From: an uncultured candidatus Porisulfidus sp. | GTDB taxonomy: Bacteria > Pseudomonadota > Gammaproteobacteria > Poriferisulfidales > Poriferisulfidaceae | Reading direction: 5' to 3' | Length of the DNA: 64,000 nt | NCBI GenBank assembly: GCA_965204575.1 | Contig: OZ241993.1 | Span: 384,001-448,000 of the forward strand | Shown here: one piece after another, positions 19,843-29,624 of the stretch | How positions within the stretch are numbered: position 1 is the stretch's first letter | Layout: the number at the start of each line of letters is the position of its first letter | Position numbers and translations under genes: made by a program | The notes under the pieces: generated by a model | What the model saw: only the letters and a program-made list of their open reading frames with translations | Told to the model about the DNA's origin: nothing | Databases searched by the model: none

Positions 19843-20118
19843 TCATGACTCAGGCTTGCGAGCCTGGGCGATATCGTAGCTGTTTTGCATCCTCAACAGT
19901 GTGCCCTTGGAAACACCAAACGCCTTCTCAATCTTACCTGCCATTTCAGGAGAGAGAGCCGCGTATTCGTCGAAGAATGCAGACAACTCAGGGCGCGTGA
20001 CTCCCAGCACTCGTGCCGCCTCGGCCACCGACAAGCCCAACGGCTCGACAATCTCATACCTCACGAACCCTCCCGGGTGAGCCGGATTTTTCATCCGGAT
20101 TCCTTGCGTCTGGCTCAT
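19843..20118 (-). CDS. higA: HigA/VapI-family antitoxin (orphan)
   Basis: NPAHPG, LSVAEAA..LGVTR, SPEMA, LLRMQ..YD. Confidence 0.9.
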   Translation of the reverse strand: MSQTQGIRMKNPAHPGGFVRYEIVEPLGLSVAEAARVLGVTRPELSAFFDEYAALSPEMAGKIEKAFGVSKGTLLRMQNSYDIAQARKPES

Positions 20119-20211
20119 CGCTGATTTCCTGTTTTTATTTTGCGGCAGTCCCGATGAAAATTATAGGCTGGATTCAGCACCCTACCCTCTTTGTTCAATT
20201 GGGATTTTGGC

Positions 20212-20238
20212 AACAGATTTGTTGGCAACAAATCTGTT
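20212..20238. promoter_or_regulatory. Perfect 13-bp inverted repeat
   Basis: AACAGATTTGTTG-G-CAACAAATCTGTT upstream of higA and downstream of potC. Confidence 0.55.
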
Positions 20239-20300
20239 TCAAACCTGTGCCGCCCGTCTACTTGCCCTATAACACCCAGTATTTGATCTGGCCACTTTCC

Positions 20301-21527
20301 TCAGTGTGCCGATACGCCATGCAGCCGCTCGGCACGACGGCGCAATAAGGCCACAGTCGCCAGCAAAAGAATCGAAATCAGGACGAAAATCGTCGCCACT
20401 GCCAGGATGGTCGGCGAGATCTGCTCCCGGATGCCGGAGAACATTTGGCGTGGAACCGTTCGCTGGGTCACGTCGCCGAGTTGCAGGATTACCACCACTT
20501 CGTCAAATGAAGTGATAAAGGCGAACAGGGCTCCGGATACCACGCCGGGAAGAATGATCGGCGTCTGTATCTTGAAGAAGGTCCGCACCGGCGAAGCACC
20601 GAGGCTGGTCGCCGCACGCACCAGGTTGTGGTCAAACCCGGCCAAGGAGGCCGTCACCGTAATCACCACGAACGGGACCCCAAGCACTGCATGCGCGAAG
20701 ATCAGTCCGGGATAAGTCTTGGCGAGCCCGACCTGGCTGAACGCGAAAAACAACCCGGATGCCGTAATGACCAATGGCACCACCATCGGTGAAATCAGCA
20801 ATGCCATCACGGTGCGCTTGAACGGCATTTCCGAACGACTGAGGCCGACCGCGGCCATCGTCCCGAGTGCCGTGGCCAAAAGGGTTGCCGGAATGCCGAT
20901 GATGAAGCTGTTCTTGATGGAACGCACCCACTGCGCGTTGTTCCACATGTCGGCCCACCAACCGACCTCCGCATCCGGCGCCACCATCCCATTGCGCACG
21001 ATGTCGGCATACCAGCGCAGGCTGAAGGCATCCGCTTCCAGATTCAGCATGCCGGCGGTAAAACTGAAATACGGTTCCTGGTTGAAGGACAAGGGCACCA
21101 CGACGAAGATCGGCACCACCAAGAACACGAAGATCAGCGCGCACACTCCCCGGAACATGTAAAACAGGAACACTTCGCGCGGCCCGGCATACTCCGGCAG
21201 GCCTGCCCGGTAGCGCCCGGTGGCAAGCCAAGCGGACGCCGATGCCAAAACCCACCCAAGTGCCAGCATCAGCAAGGCGAACGCCACGCCGTGTGTCGCG
21301 AGCCCCACCAGCGCGAGCGCAAGCATGCAGAACGAGCGTGCGACTCTAGGCGATTCGGGGTGAATCGCGGCCGGAAGCGACAGCAGGGCGAACAGCAAAG
21401 CGCCTGCCAGCATGTACGGCAACATCAACGCGGTGTCGCCGTATGCCGTGAGCAGCCCGACCAAGGCGCCCGCCAGACCGCACCAGGCCGCGGCAAATCG
21501 AACCGGGGGACGGATCGCCTCAAGCAC
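20301..21527 (-). CDS. Polyamine-type ABC permease (PotC-like, N-terminally extended)
   Basis: SLRWY, AA.SLGA, FITSFDEVV. Confidence 0.9.
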   Translation of the reverse strand: MLEAIRPPVRFAAAWCGLAGALVGLLTAYGDTALMLPYMLAGALLFALLSLPAAIHPESPRVARSFCMLALALVGLATHGVAFALLMLALGWVLASASAWLATGRYRAGLPEYAGPREVFLFYMFRGVCALIFVFLVVPIFVVVPLSFNQEPYFSFTAGMLNLEADAFSLRWYADIVRNGMVAPDAEVGWWADMWNNAQWVRSIKNSFIIGIPATLLATALGTMAAVGLSRSEMPFKRTVMALLISPMVVPLVITASGLFFAFSQVGLAKTYPGLIFAHAVLGVPFVVITVTASLAGFDHNLVRAATSLGASPVRTFFKIQTPIILPGVVSGALFAFITSFDEVVVILQLGDVTQRTVPRQMFSGIREQISPTILAVATIFVLISILLLATVALLRRRAERLHGVSAH

Positions 21528-21530
21528 GCC

Positions 21531-22787
21531 TCAGCCCAGCCTCATCCGGTCGATGCCGGATACGCGGTCGTACAGCCAGTACAGGAACATGACCAGCACC
21601 AGCAGGACGAAGCCCATTGCCGCCGCCAACGGCCAGTTGAGCGATCTCCGCATGTGGAAATCGATCAGGTTGGAAATCATCTGCCCATCCTGTCCCCCCA
21701 CCAAGGCCGGAGTGATGTAGTAACCGGTGGCAAGAATGAACACCAGCACCACGCCCGCACCGATGCCCGGCAGGGTCTGCGGCAGGTATACCCTCCAGAA
21801 GGCCACCCAACCGTTTGCGCCCAAACTATGCGCCGCCTGAACGTACGCCTTCGGTATGGTCCGCATGACCGCATACAGCGGCAGGATCATGAACGGCAAG
21901 AGAATGTGCGTCATGGCGACCAGGGTCCCGGTCCGGTTGTAGACCATGCTGAACCGGCTGTCGTCGCCGATGACCCCAAAAGCGACAAACAGGTCGTTCA
22001 GCACCCCGTTGCCCTGCAGGATCGCGATCCAGGCGGTGGTGCGCACCAGGATCGAGGTCCAGAACGGCAGCAGCACCAGAATCAGAAGCAGGTTCGTGCT
22101 TCGCTGAGGCAAGTTGGACAGCAGGTAGGCCACCGGATAGCCCAGCAGCAGGCAGAAGATCGTGACCAGTGCGGAGATCTCGATCGTACGCCAAAACAAC
22201 GTGAGATGGATGCGGCGTTTCTCATCCTGGCGACGAATGGAACCGTCGCCGCGGTACTTGAGATCCACGGAAGTCGCCAGATAGGTTGGCGTATACCGAG
22301 CGGCGGCGACGCGAAGCGCTTGCCAGGTCTCAAGCTGGCCCCATGCCGGTTTATGGTCAACCATCGCCTCCCTGTAAGGGGCCTCGAAGCGTGCCGCCTT
22401 GCGCGCCGTGGAAGTGAACAGGGACCGCCCCCCGGGCAGTTCCCGGTTGACCCGGGTCGCCACTTTGCCGATGGTTTTGTCTTTCCTCGCCTGCGCCAAG
22501 TCCTTCTGCAGGGCTGCGTACATGGCTTCGGTCGGCTCCGACACGCCGTCCCACGCCTCCAATACGGGCGTGCTGTGCGGCATGTATCGTGCGTAGGTGT
22601 CGTCATGGACTCCCTGCCACAGGAACACCAGCACCGGGATGATGAAAGCCGCGAGCAGGAAGGCCAGCAGCGGCAAGGTCAGCCCCAGGGCCCTGAGCCG
22701 GCGGACCATGAGCGCCCGTGCGAGTTTTGTTTTAAGTGGGACGCCGTCGACGATAATTGCCGGCTCGGGTGGGGCTGACGGAGTCAC
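21531..22787 (-). CDS. Polyamine-type ABC permease (PotB-like)
   Basis: LLPFWTSILVRT, HILLPFMILPLY, GYYITPALVGG. Confidence 0.9.
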   Translation of the reverse strand: MTPSAPPEPAIIVDGVPLKTKLARALMVRRLRALGLTLPLLAFLLAAFIIPVLVFLWQGVHDDTYARYMPHSTPVLEAWDGVSEPTEAMYAALQKDLAQARKDKTIGKVATRVNRELPGGRSLFTSTARKAARFEAPYREAMVDHKPAWGQLETWQALRVAAARYTPTYLATSVDLKYRGDGSIRRQDEKRRIHLTLFWRTIEISALVTIFCLLLGYPVAYLLSNLPQRSTNLLLILVLLPFWTSILVRTTAWIAILQGNGVLNDLFVAFGVIGDDSRFSMVYNRTGTLVAMTHILLPFMILPLYAVMRTIPKAYVQAAHSLGANGWVAFWRVYLPQTLPGIGAGVVLVFILATGYYITPALVGGQDGQMISNLIDFHMRRSLNWPLAAAMGFVLLVLVMFLYWLYDRVSGIDRMRLG

Positions 22788-22794
22788 GATCAAA

Positions 22795-23907
22795 CTATCC
22801 CTCGACCAGCCAAGCATTGAATCTTTCGTTCAACTCATCCAAGTAATCCGCCCAGAACTCCACGTCCTGCCAAATCACGGTCTTCAGGTGGCCCGGCCAG
22901 GTCGGCATATGCGGCTGCATGTCCAGCTCGGGGTTGGAATGATGGGACCCGATCATTTCGGAAGCGGTGCGCCGTACCGGCGCATAGGAGATCCACGACG
23001 CCTGCACCGCCATGTTTTCAGGCTTGGAGGCGAATGCGATGAAGTCGAGTGCCAGATCCCGGTTCGGGGCTCCCTTCACAATCGCCCAATGCCCGATCTC
23101 CAGCACCTGTGCATCCCAAACGATGGCCAAGGAACGGCCTTCCAACTCGGATGCGTCGAAGATCCGCCCGTTGTAGGCCATACTCATCACCACTTCGCCA
23201 TCCGCCAGCAACTGCGGCGCATGAGAGCTGGCTTCCCACCACACGACTTGCTCCTTGATGCCGTTCAACCGAGCGAAGGCACGATCGACCCCTTCCGGAG
23301 TTGCCAACACCTCGTAGACCTGATCCGGGGGGACTCCGTCGGCCACCAATGCCATCTCCAGGGAGGCCTTGGGACTCCTGCGCATACCCCGTCGACCAGG
23401 AAATTTTTCCAGATCGAAAAAATCGCGGATGGTGGTCGGCCCCGGTGACAGCCGATCCTGATCGTAGGCGAACACCATTGACGCCACTATGTGTCCGATC
23501 ATGCAGGAGCTAATGGCCCTCTCGGGAAAATCCTGCTCGGCGGGAGTCCCGTTCGGTGCCGGGGGCAGGATGGAAGGATCAATCTCCTCCAGCAATCCTT
23601 CATCGCACCCTAAAAGTCCCTCGGCAGCCTCGATATCCACGACATCCCAAGTGACGTTTCCGGCCAGGACCTGCGACTTGATTTCGGACAAGCCCCCACT
23701 GTAGTCCTCGGACAGGATCCGGTGGCCGGCGCGAGCCATCCACGGCTTGTGGTAAGCCTCCACCTGGCTCTGGGTATAGGGACCGCCCCAAGAGACCACA
23801 GTCAGGTCGCCCGCCACCGCGCCCGATACCGTAAGCCAAGCTCCTGCAGCAAGAAAAAAGACAACAAAGAGCCTCTTCGGCGGTCGTGTCCGCGCCACCT
23901 CACTCAC
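22795..23907 (-). CDS. Polyamine-type substrate-binding protein 1 (PotD/PotF-like)
   Basis: SWGG.Y, WDVVD, FPGRRG, AYNGRI; GTG start overlapping the upstream stop. Confidence 0.88.
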   Translation of the reverse strand: MSEVARTRPPKRLFVVFFLAAGAWLTVSGAVAGDLTVVSWGGPYTQSQVEAYHKPWMARAGHRILSEDYSGGLSEIKSQVLAGNVTWDVVDIEAAEGLLGCDEGLLEEIDPSILPPAPNGTPAEQDFPERAISSCMIGHIVASMVFAYDQDRLSPGPTTIRDFFDLEKFPGRRGMRRSPKASLEMALVADGVPPDQVYEVLATPEGVDRAFARLNGIKEQVVWWEASSHAPQLLADGEVVMSMAYNGRIFDASELEGRSLAIVWDAQVLEIGHWAIVKGAPNRDLALDFIAFASKPENMAVQASWISYAPVRRTASEMIGSHHSNPELDMQPHMPTWPGHLKTVIWQDVEFWADYLDELNERFNAWLVEG

Positions 23908-24980
23908 TCGATCAGCCAGGCATTGAAGCGTTCGTTCAATTCGTCGACATGATCGGCCCAGAATTCCTCGTCGTGCCAAATCACGGTCTTCATGTTGCCC
24001 GGCCAGGTGGGAAGGTGCGGCCCCATCTTCAGGTCGGGGTCGGCATGGTAGCTCCCGACCAGTTTGGCGGCAGACTTGCGTACCGGTGCATAGGAAATCC
24101 ACGACGCCTGGACGGCCATGTTTTCAGGCATGGAGGCAAATCTGATGAAGTCCAATGCCAGTTCCAGATTCGGGGCCCCCTTCACGACCACCCAGTTGTC
24201 CATCGCCAGCACCTGTGCATCCCAGACCATGGCGAGCGGCTGGCCTTCCGCCGCAAACGCATTGAAGATGCGGCCGTTGTAGGCCGTGCTCATGACCACC
24301 TCGCCATCGACCAGCAACTGCGGCGGCTGGGCACCCACCTCCCACCACAGGACATGCGCCTTGATGCTGTCCAGCTTGGCAAAAGCGCGGTCGATCCCCT
24401 GCGGGGTCGCCATCACCTCGTAAACCCGGTCCGCCGGGACGCCGTCGGCCACCAGTGCGATCTCGAGATTGACCTTGGGAGTTTTGCGCATGCCGCGCCG
24501 ACCCGGGAACTGCTCCAGGTCGAAGAAATCCTGAATGGTGCTCGGAGGTGGCGACAATCGTTCCTGGTTGTAGGCATAGGCTGTCGACCAGATGACGGTG
24601 CCGATGGCGCAGTCGCCGATGGTGCCCTCAAGAAAATCCTCTTCGGCCGGCGTCCCGTCCGAAGCCGCAGGCAGGATGGCTGGATCAATTTCTTCGAACA
24701 ATCCCTCGTCGCACCCCAAGATGGCTTCGGCGTCCTCGACATCCACGATGTCCCAGGTAACGTTGCCAGCCTCAACCTGCGCCTTGACTTCGGACAGGCC
24801 GCCGCTGTAGTCCTCGGACAGGACCCGGTGGCCGGTGCGGGCCATCCACGGTTTGAAATAAGCCTCGGTCTGGCTCTTGGTGTAGGCACCGCCCCAGGAG
24901 ACGATGGTCAAGTCGTCCGCCGATGCGGTCGTTACCGCGAAACAGAGACCTGCAGCGCAGAACAACGCGAAAGACTTCAT
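23904..24980 (-). CDS. Polyamine-type substrate-binding protein 2
   Basis: Signal peptide; paralogous to 22795-23907. Confidence 0.9.
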   Translation of the reverse strand: MKSFALFCAAGLCFAVTTASADDLTIVSWGGAYTKSQTEAYFKPWMARTGHRVLSEDYSGGLSEVKAQVEAGNVTWDIVDVEDAEAILGCDEGLFEEIDPAILPAASDGTPAEEDFLEGTIGDCAIGTVIWSTAYAYNQERLSPPPSTIQDFFDLEQFPGRRGMRKTPKVNLEIALVADGVPADRVYEVMATPQGIDRAFAKLDSIKAHVLWWEVGAQPPQLLVDGEVVMSTAYNGRIFNAFAAEGQPLAMVWDAQVLAMDNWVVVKGAPNLELALDFIRFASMPENMAVQASWISYAPVRKSAAKLVGSYHADPDLKMGPHLPTWPGNMKTVIWHDEEFWADHVDELNERFNAWLIE

Positions 24981-25008
24981 GGTTACCTCACAAATTCGAC
25001 GGGTTTCG

Positions 25009-26088
25009 CTATGGTAGTGCATCCAGTGCGCGACAGTCCTCGGTATTCCAGCTGACCGGCGTCTCCTGGCCCACTTTCAGGTGCTCATGGCCTGCCGCGT
25101 TGGGCATCTTGACAATAAAATCGTCATGGCCCAGCACCCTCATGCGGCAACGGATGTGGTCGCCAAGGTAAATCAATTCCTCCACCACCGCATCGAACCG
25201 GTTTTCTCCTGCTTCGCCGATAAACACCCGCTCCGGACGGATCGACAACGTGGTCGGAGTGCCCATGCCACTGCAATTGACCGCCAAGGCCCGGCCGCGG
25301 CCGGAGTCTTCGATCGAGACCTCGGCCACGCCGTCGTGGACGCTTTCGACCCGGCCGTACAATCGGTTGTTCTCTCCGATGAAGCGCGCGACAAAAGCAG
25401 TCTCCGGGCATTCGTAGAGGGTTTCCGGGTCGGAATCCTGCTGGATGGAGCCATCCTTGAACACGGCGATCCGGGTCGACATGGTCAGGGCCTCGGATTG
25501 GTCGTGCGTCACATAGACGATGGTCACGCCCAACTGGTCGTGCAGATGCTTGATTTCGTACTGCATGTGCTCACGCAATTGACGGTCCAGTGCCCCCAAA
25601 GGCTCATCCATCAGCACCAGTTCCGGTCGGAACACCAAGGCGCGGGCTAACGCGGCGCGTTGCTGTTGCCCTCCCGACAGCTCGGACGGGCGGCGATTGC
25701 CGAACCGCCCCATCTCCACCATCTGCAATGCCTCGCGCACTCGCTCCTCGACCTCGGAGCGTCCCATCCGGCGCACTTGCAACGGGAATGCAAGATTCTC
25801 ATTGACCGTCATATGCGGGAACAGGGCGTAATTCTGGAATACCACGCCGATGCCCAGTTGGTGCGGAGGCACGGAATTCACCGGGCGGCCGTCGAGACGG
25901 ATCTCCCCATGCGTGACGGTCTCGAATCCAGCCAACATCATCAGGCTGGACGTCTTGCCCGAGCCGGACGGCCCGAGCAGGGTCATGAATTCACCGCGGG
26001 GGATGCTCAGGTTGAGGTTCGCAACCGCCAGAGTCTCACCGTCATAGCTTTTCTGAACCTGGTCGAACTCCACGAACGGGCGCATCAT
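25009..26088 (-). CDS. PotA-like ABC ATPase; start codon now supplied by the element end
   Basis: GPSGSGKT, LSGGQQQR, MDEPLGALD; original N-terminus stranded at 27537-27557. Confidence 0.9.
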   Translation of the reverse strand: MMRPFVEFDQVQKSYDGETLAVANLNLSIPRGEFMTLLGPSGSGKTSSLMMLAGFETVTHGEIRLDGRPVNSVPPHQLGIGVVFQNYALFPHMTVNENLAFPLQVRRMGRSEVEERVREALQMVEMGRFGNRRPSELSGGQQQRAALARALVFRPELVLMDEPLGALDRQLREHMQYEIKHLHDQLGVTIVYVTHDQSEALTMSTRIAVFKDGSIQQDSDPETLYECPETAFVARFIGENNRLYGRVESVHDGVAEVSIEDSGRGRALAVNCSGMGTPTTLSIRPERVFIGEAGENRFDAVVEELIYLGDHIRCRMRVLGHDDFIVKMPNAAGHEHLKVGQETPVSWNTEDCRALDALP

Positions 26089-27536
26089 AATGTGTGGAAA
26101 TCGGGGGGTGAGCCCCGGTAATTCCACGACATCGTTGACGGATCACTGACGGTGTCCACTAGGCATTCCATGAAGAATGCCCCCGCTTCGTTGTCCTCTC
26201 CCCGTCCCGTCACCGGAGCGCCTCCGGCCAGGAGCCTGTTCAATCCCAGGTCCAGGATGTTTCGCGCGGCATTGATGTCCGCGTTGTCCATGTGTCCGCA
26301 GGCCAGGCACTTGAAGTGCGCCTGCTCCTTTCGGTTGTCTTTGTCCACGTGCCCGCACTCCGCGCACGCCCGGCTGGTGTTCCGCGCTGGCACCCTGATG
26401 AGGTCCATCGCCTTGTACTGCAGGAAGCGGTTCATCAGCCCCATGCATGCCTTCTGCGCCAGCTTCCGGTTCAGCCCCGACTTCGCGTTCACGTGTCGCC
26501 CCGGCTTCTCTTTCGTGCCCCGAGCCGACTTCATCATGGCCTTCACGTCCAGGTCCTCCAGCACAATGTGCTGAAAGTTCTGTGCCAGCCAAGCCGAGGC
26601 GTGGTGGCTAAAGTCCTGACGCACCCCGGCCGCCTTGCGTTTCGCCTTCGCCGCACGCTGCTGCAACCGCAGCCGCCGGTTCGAGGCCACCTTGACCACC
26701 CGGCCCGACTTCGTGCGCACCGCCTCCCCGTTGGCACCCTTCAACTCGAGTAACTTCCGATGGCTCGCCCGCCACTGGTAATGCCGGGCCCGTGACTCGT
26801 GCTTCTCAATCAATTCATGTGGAATCAGGATGATCTTTCTTCCCCCGGCCCACGAAATGGCAATGTTTTCGGTATTACGGTCGACTCCGCATACTCCGCC
26901 ATGCCAGCGCCAGTCCGGGTCTTCCACCTCCCACAGCACCGACACGTACCACTTGTCTCCTTCCTGGTACACCACCGCGGTCCGCGCTTCGCCATCGCCC
27001 CAAGGATCAACGCCCCGCGTCCGCGACTGGGCCTTGCGGTTCATTCGCACCCAGCCCACCTTCGGAACCCGCAGACGCTTGTTCTGCACCTTCACGTCAT
27101 CCGGGATCGTGAACGACTCCCGGCTGATGCCCTTGACCTTGAAGCGTGGCGGCCCGGCTTCCTTCCCGCGCTTGCCTTCCCGGAGCCGTCGGCGAAAATG
27201 GGAGAAAGCGACCCCCAAGGAAAACGCGCCCGAGCTGCGCACGATAGGACAAGACAACTCTCGCAGCCACTCGTTGCCTTCCTGCGCCTTCAGTTGGATG
27301 AACCGCCTCCCGAATTCAAACGGGAAAGCCCCTGGCTTCTCCCTCTCGCCGGCCTTGAACCGCTTGTATTCTCGCTTTTGCTCGGCCAGCAACTCGTTGT
27401 AGACGAACCGGGCGGCTCCGCACAACCGGGCGAACTGGCGCTCCTGCGTCTGGTTCGGATACAGACGGTAGCGGGAGGCTCGGTGCATGATGGACCTACT
27501 CTAGCACGGGTGTTTCACACGAAATCTTTAAGCCCC
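26079..27536 (-). mobile_element. Non-autonomous cassette with ISL3-type TIRs carrying only tnpB
   Basis: Ends GGCGCATCATAATGTGTGGAA and TTTCACACGAAATCTTTAAGCCCC resemble ISL3 IRL/IRR in this window; TSD CACGAACG(26071)/TACGAACG(27537). Confidence 0.85.
26085..27488 (-). CDS. tnpB: TnpB RNA-guided nuclease family, RuvC D-E-D intact
   Basis: YRLYPN, GVDRN, VLEDL, CAECG..CLACG, NADINAARNI. Confidence 0.95.
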   Translation of the reverse strand: MHRASRYRLYPNQTQERQFARLCGAARFVYNELLAEQKREYKRFKAGEREKPGAFPFEFGRRFIQLKAQEGNEWLRELSCPIVRSSGAFSLGVAFSHFRRRLREGKRGKEAGPPRFKVKGISRESFTIPDDVKVQNKRLRVPKVGWVRMNRKAQSRTRGVDPWGDGEARTAVVYQEGDKWYVSVLWEVEDPDWRWHGGVCGVDRNTENIAISWAGGRKIILIPHELIEKHESRARHYQWRASHRKLLELKGANGEAVRTKSGRVVKVASNRRLRLQQRAAKAKRKAAGVRQDFSHHASAWLAQNFQHIVLEDLDVKAMMKSARGTKEKPGRHVNAKSGLNRKLAQKACMGLMNRFLQYKAMDLIRVPARNTSRACAECGHVDKDNRKEQAHFKCLACGHMDNADINAARNILDLGLNRLLAGGAPVTGRGEDNEAGAFFMECLVDTVSDPSTMSWNYRGSPPDFHTL

Positions 27537-27878
27537 TACGAACGCAGTATCCGTCATGATCGGCACTCCCGATGCCGGCAAACCCCTCTCGGTTTCGTCC
27601 CGCGGGTGCCGGAGAGAACACTCCCCTGCTTCAATCTCGCGGCAACCCGCAGTCCGAGGAAAACGATACGTTTTATTGTACATAGATGCGAAGCAGGCAA
27701 AGCCTAGGGTGGCGTCCGACAGCCCCCGGTCGTCATAAAACATTCATCTCTTATTTTTATGCTCCTGTCATGCGCATCCGCGAATCTAGCCACCAAGAAG
27801 TCCGGGACCCAGGGGCAAAGGGCCGTATGTTTCCTGATTAAAAGGTCAGGGCTTTCGCTTTTGACCCGCATGGCTCGG

Positions 27879-28643
27879 CTACCTTGAGCCGCACCAGTAT
27901 CGTCCGACATCCTCCGCATACAGAGGCCAGCAATGGACTCTCTGAGGGTTGAAGTCCCCGTAGTTACTGGGGTGGAAGGTATGAAGCCAAAGGAATGTCT
28001 TTCCGTCCGGCTCGAGTTCGATAAGGCCTTTTTCGTAGTAAGCATCCCGTTTGAACCGACGACGATCGCTTTTCACGGTCCGCTTGACATGCCCTCGGAC
28101 ATCGAAACTACGGCGCAGGTTCTCCTTCGCCCAACCGCCTTGCGTCACGCAGACATCCGGCTTCAGAACGTGTAATTCTCCAGGAAGGAAGCGGCGGCAG
28201 TTCTCGAACAGGATAGAGTCGGCCTGCTTGTTTCCCCCCTTGTTCGAGCAGCACTTCGCGCTGTTCACGTGTGCGAAGTGGAGACGCGTGTCCGCAACCG
28301 TGAGATGCGGCTCGAACTGGCGGAGTAACTCCCTTGCCATTTCATGGGTGCGGTACCAATGGCGGTTCTTCGGAAGTGCCGCCACGTCGCATTCAAGAGC
28401 CCGCCTGCGGACGGCTTCGCCAGTGCGTTGTTGCGGATCCGGGCTGCCTCTGCCGGAGTCCAGCGAGAGAAAAAGCAAGCGCGGGAGCGTTCTCTCTTCC
28501 TCTTCATAGCGTGGACCCACGAAACTCGCCTTGGCTTCCGTGAATTGCGGGGCTTTTGCCGAGCATTCCTCACGCCAAGGACAGCGAAAGCCGATCGATG
28601 ATATTCCATGCGAATCATAGAACGCGGCAAGCTTTTCAAGCAT
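27879..28643 (-). CDS. Uracil-DNA glycosylase-like superfamily protein
   Basis: FVGPRY, LLFLSLD, NSAKCC, EL.VLKPDV.VTQG, FHPS. Confidence 0.6.
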   Translation of the reverse strand: MLEKLAAFYDSHGISSIGFRCPWREECSAKAPQFTEAKASFVGPRYEEEERTLPRLLFLSLDSGRGSPDPQQRTGEAVRRRALECDVAALPKNRHWYRTHEMARELLRQFEPHLTVADTRLHFAHVNSAKCCSNKGGNKQADSILFENCRRFLPGELHVLKPDVCVTQGGWAKENLRRSFDVRGHVKRTVKSDRRRFKRDAYYEKGLIELEPDGKTFLWLHTFHPSNYGDFNPQRVHCWPLYAEDVGRYWCGSR

Positions 28644-28716
28644 GTGAATCCCCCCACGTGCAGGCGTGAACCATGGTGCTGCCGGGATCAGGACAAGAAT
28701 CAGGAGCAAAAGGCCC

Positions 28717-29016
28717 CTATTTATTGTAAGCACTATAGTACTGCTTCTTGGCCCCGAACACCCCCACGTCGTAGGCACCCCCGGAAAAGTACTCGAAGGT
28801 TCCCGCCGTTTCCTCGTGGCTCGACCCATAGAACGCGCCGCGAAGGCTCATGCCCGAAGCCATGTCCGACCCACTGAACCGGCCAGAGTTGTTGCTGTCC
28901 AGACTCAGTTCGTTGGGCCTGAAGGAAATGTCCGACGGGCTGACGGAACTTCCATCGTCCAAGAAAAACCATTTCTCGATTGAAACCAGCAGATCCGGCT
29001 CATTGTCAGTGCCCAA
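28717..29016 (-). pseudogene. C-terminal beta-barrel fragment of a TbpB-like surface protein
   Basis: GAFYGSSHEETAGTF...GVFGAKKQ; no signal peptide or N-terminal part. Confidence 0.6.
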
Positions 29017-29064
29017 TCCGTATGCCCCGTCGGGTGCGACACGGATGTCGAGCCTCGGACCGGT

Positions 29065-29616
29065 TCAATCTTCCTCGGGGCAGGACGCCCCTTGCCAAAA
29101 TCGTTCCGGCTCCCCCTTTTCCTTGGCCAGCGTCCGTGCCAGAACAAACAACAGGTCCGACAATCGGTTCAGGTAGACTCGCACCGTTTCCGGCAAATCA
29201 TCCAGCACGACAACCCGCCGTTCGGCACGCCGGCAAACCGCGCGCGCCACGTGGCATTGCGCCGCCTCGACGCCCCCGCCCGGAAGGACAAATTCCTCAA
29301 GCGGCGGCAACGCGGCATTCAATTCCTCGGTCCAGCGTTCCAATTGGGCTGATTTCTCTTCGCCTTTCCAATCCAACTTCCCCTGCGCAATGGTTGCGCC
29401 CAAGTCGAACAAGTCCTGCTGCACCTCTTCGACCTGCCGGCAGGCCTCCATGCCTGACGCCAAGGCCAGCAATAGCCCCAGCTGGCAGTTGAGTTCATCG
29501 ACTGCCCCCAATGCTTCGACTCGTGGATCGTCTTTAGACAGTCGGGCGCCTCCTGCAAGGCCCGTCGTCCCATCGTCCCCGCTTCGGGTTGTCACACGCG
29601 AGATGCGGTAAGCCAT
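29065..29616 (-). CDS. PduO-type cob(I)alamin adenosyltransferase
   Basis: TRSGDDGTT, GAVDELN, FVLPGG, RRAER, YLNRLSD. Confidence 0.93.
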   Translation of the reverse strand: MAYRISRVTTRSGDDGTTGLAGGARLSKDDPRVEALGAVDELNCQLGLLLALASGMEACRQVEEVQQDLFDLGATIAQGKLDWKGEEKSAQLERWTEELNAALPPLEEFVLPGGGVEAAQCHVARAVCRRAERRVVVLDDLPETVRVYLNRLSDLLFVLARTLAKEKGEPERFWQGASCPEED

Positions 29617-29624
29617 GTCGCACC

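Noticed and set aside
23636-23646. 11-nt match (TCCACGACATC) between the putative TnpB1 guide (26123-26133) and the SBP1 WDVVD codons
   Set aside because: Short, dependent on the assumed guide boundary, and plausible by chance; a cut in a host gene is unlikely to be tolerated.
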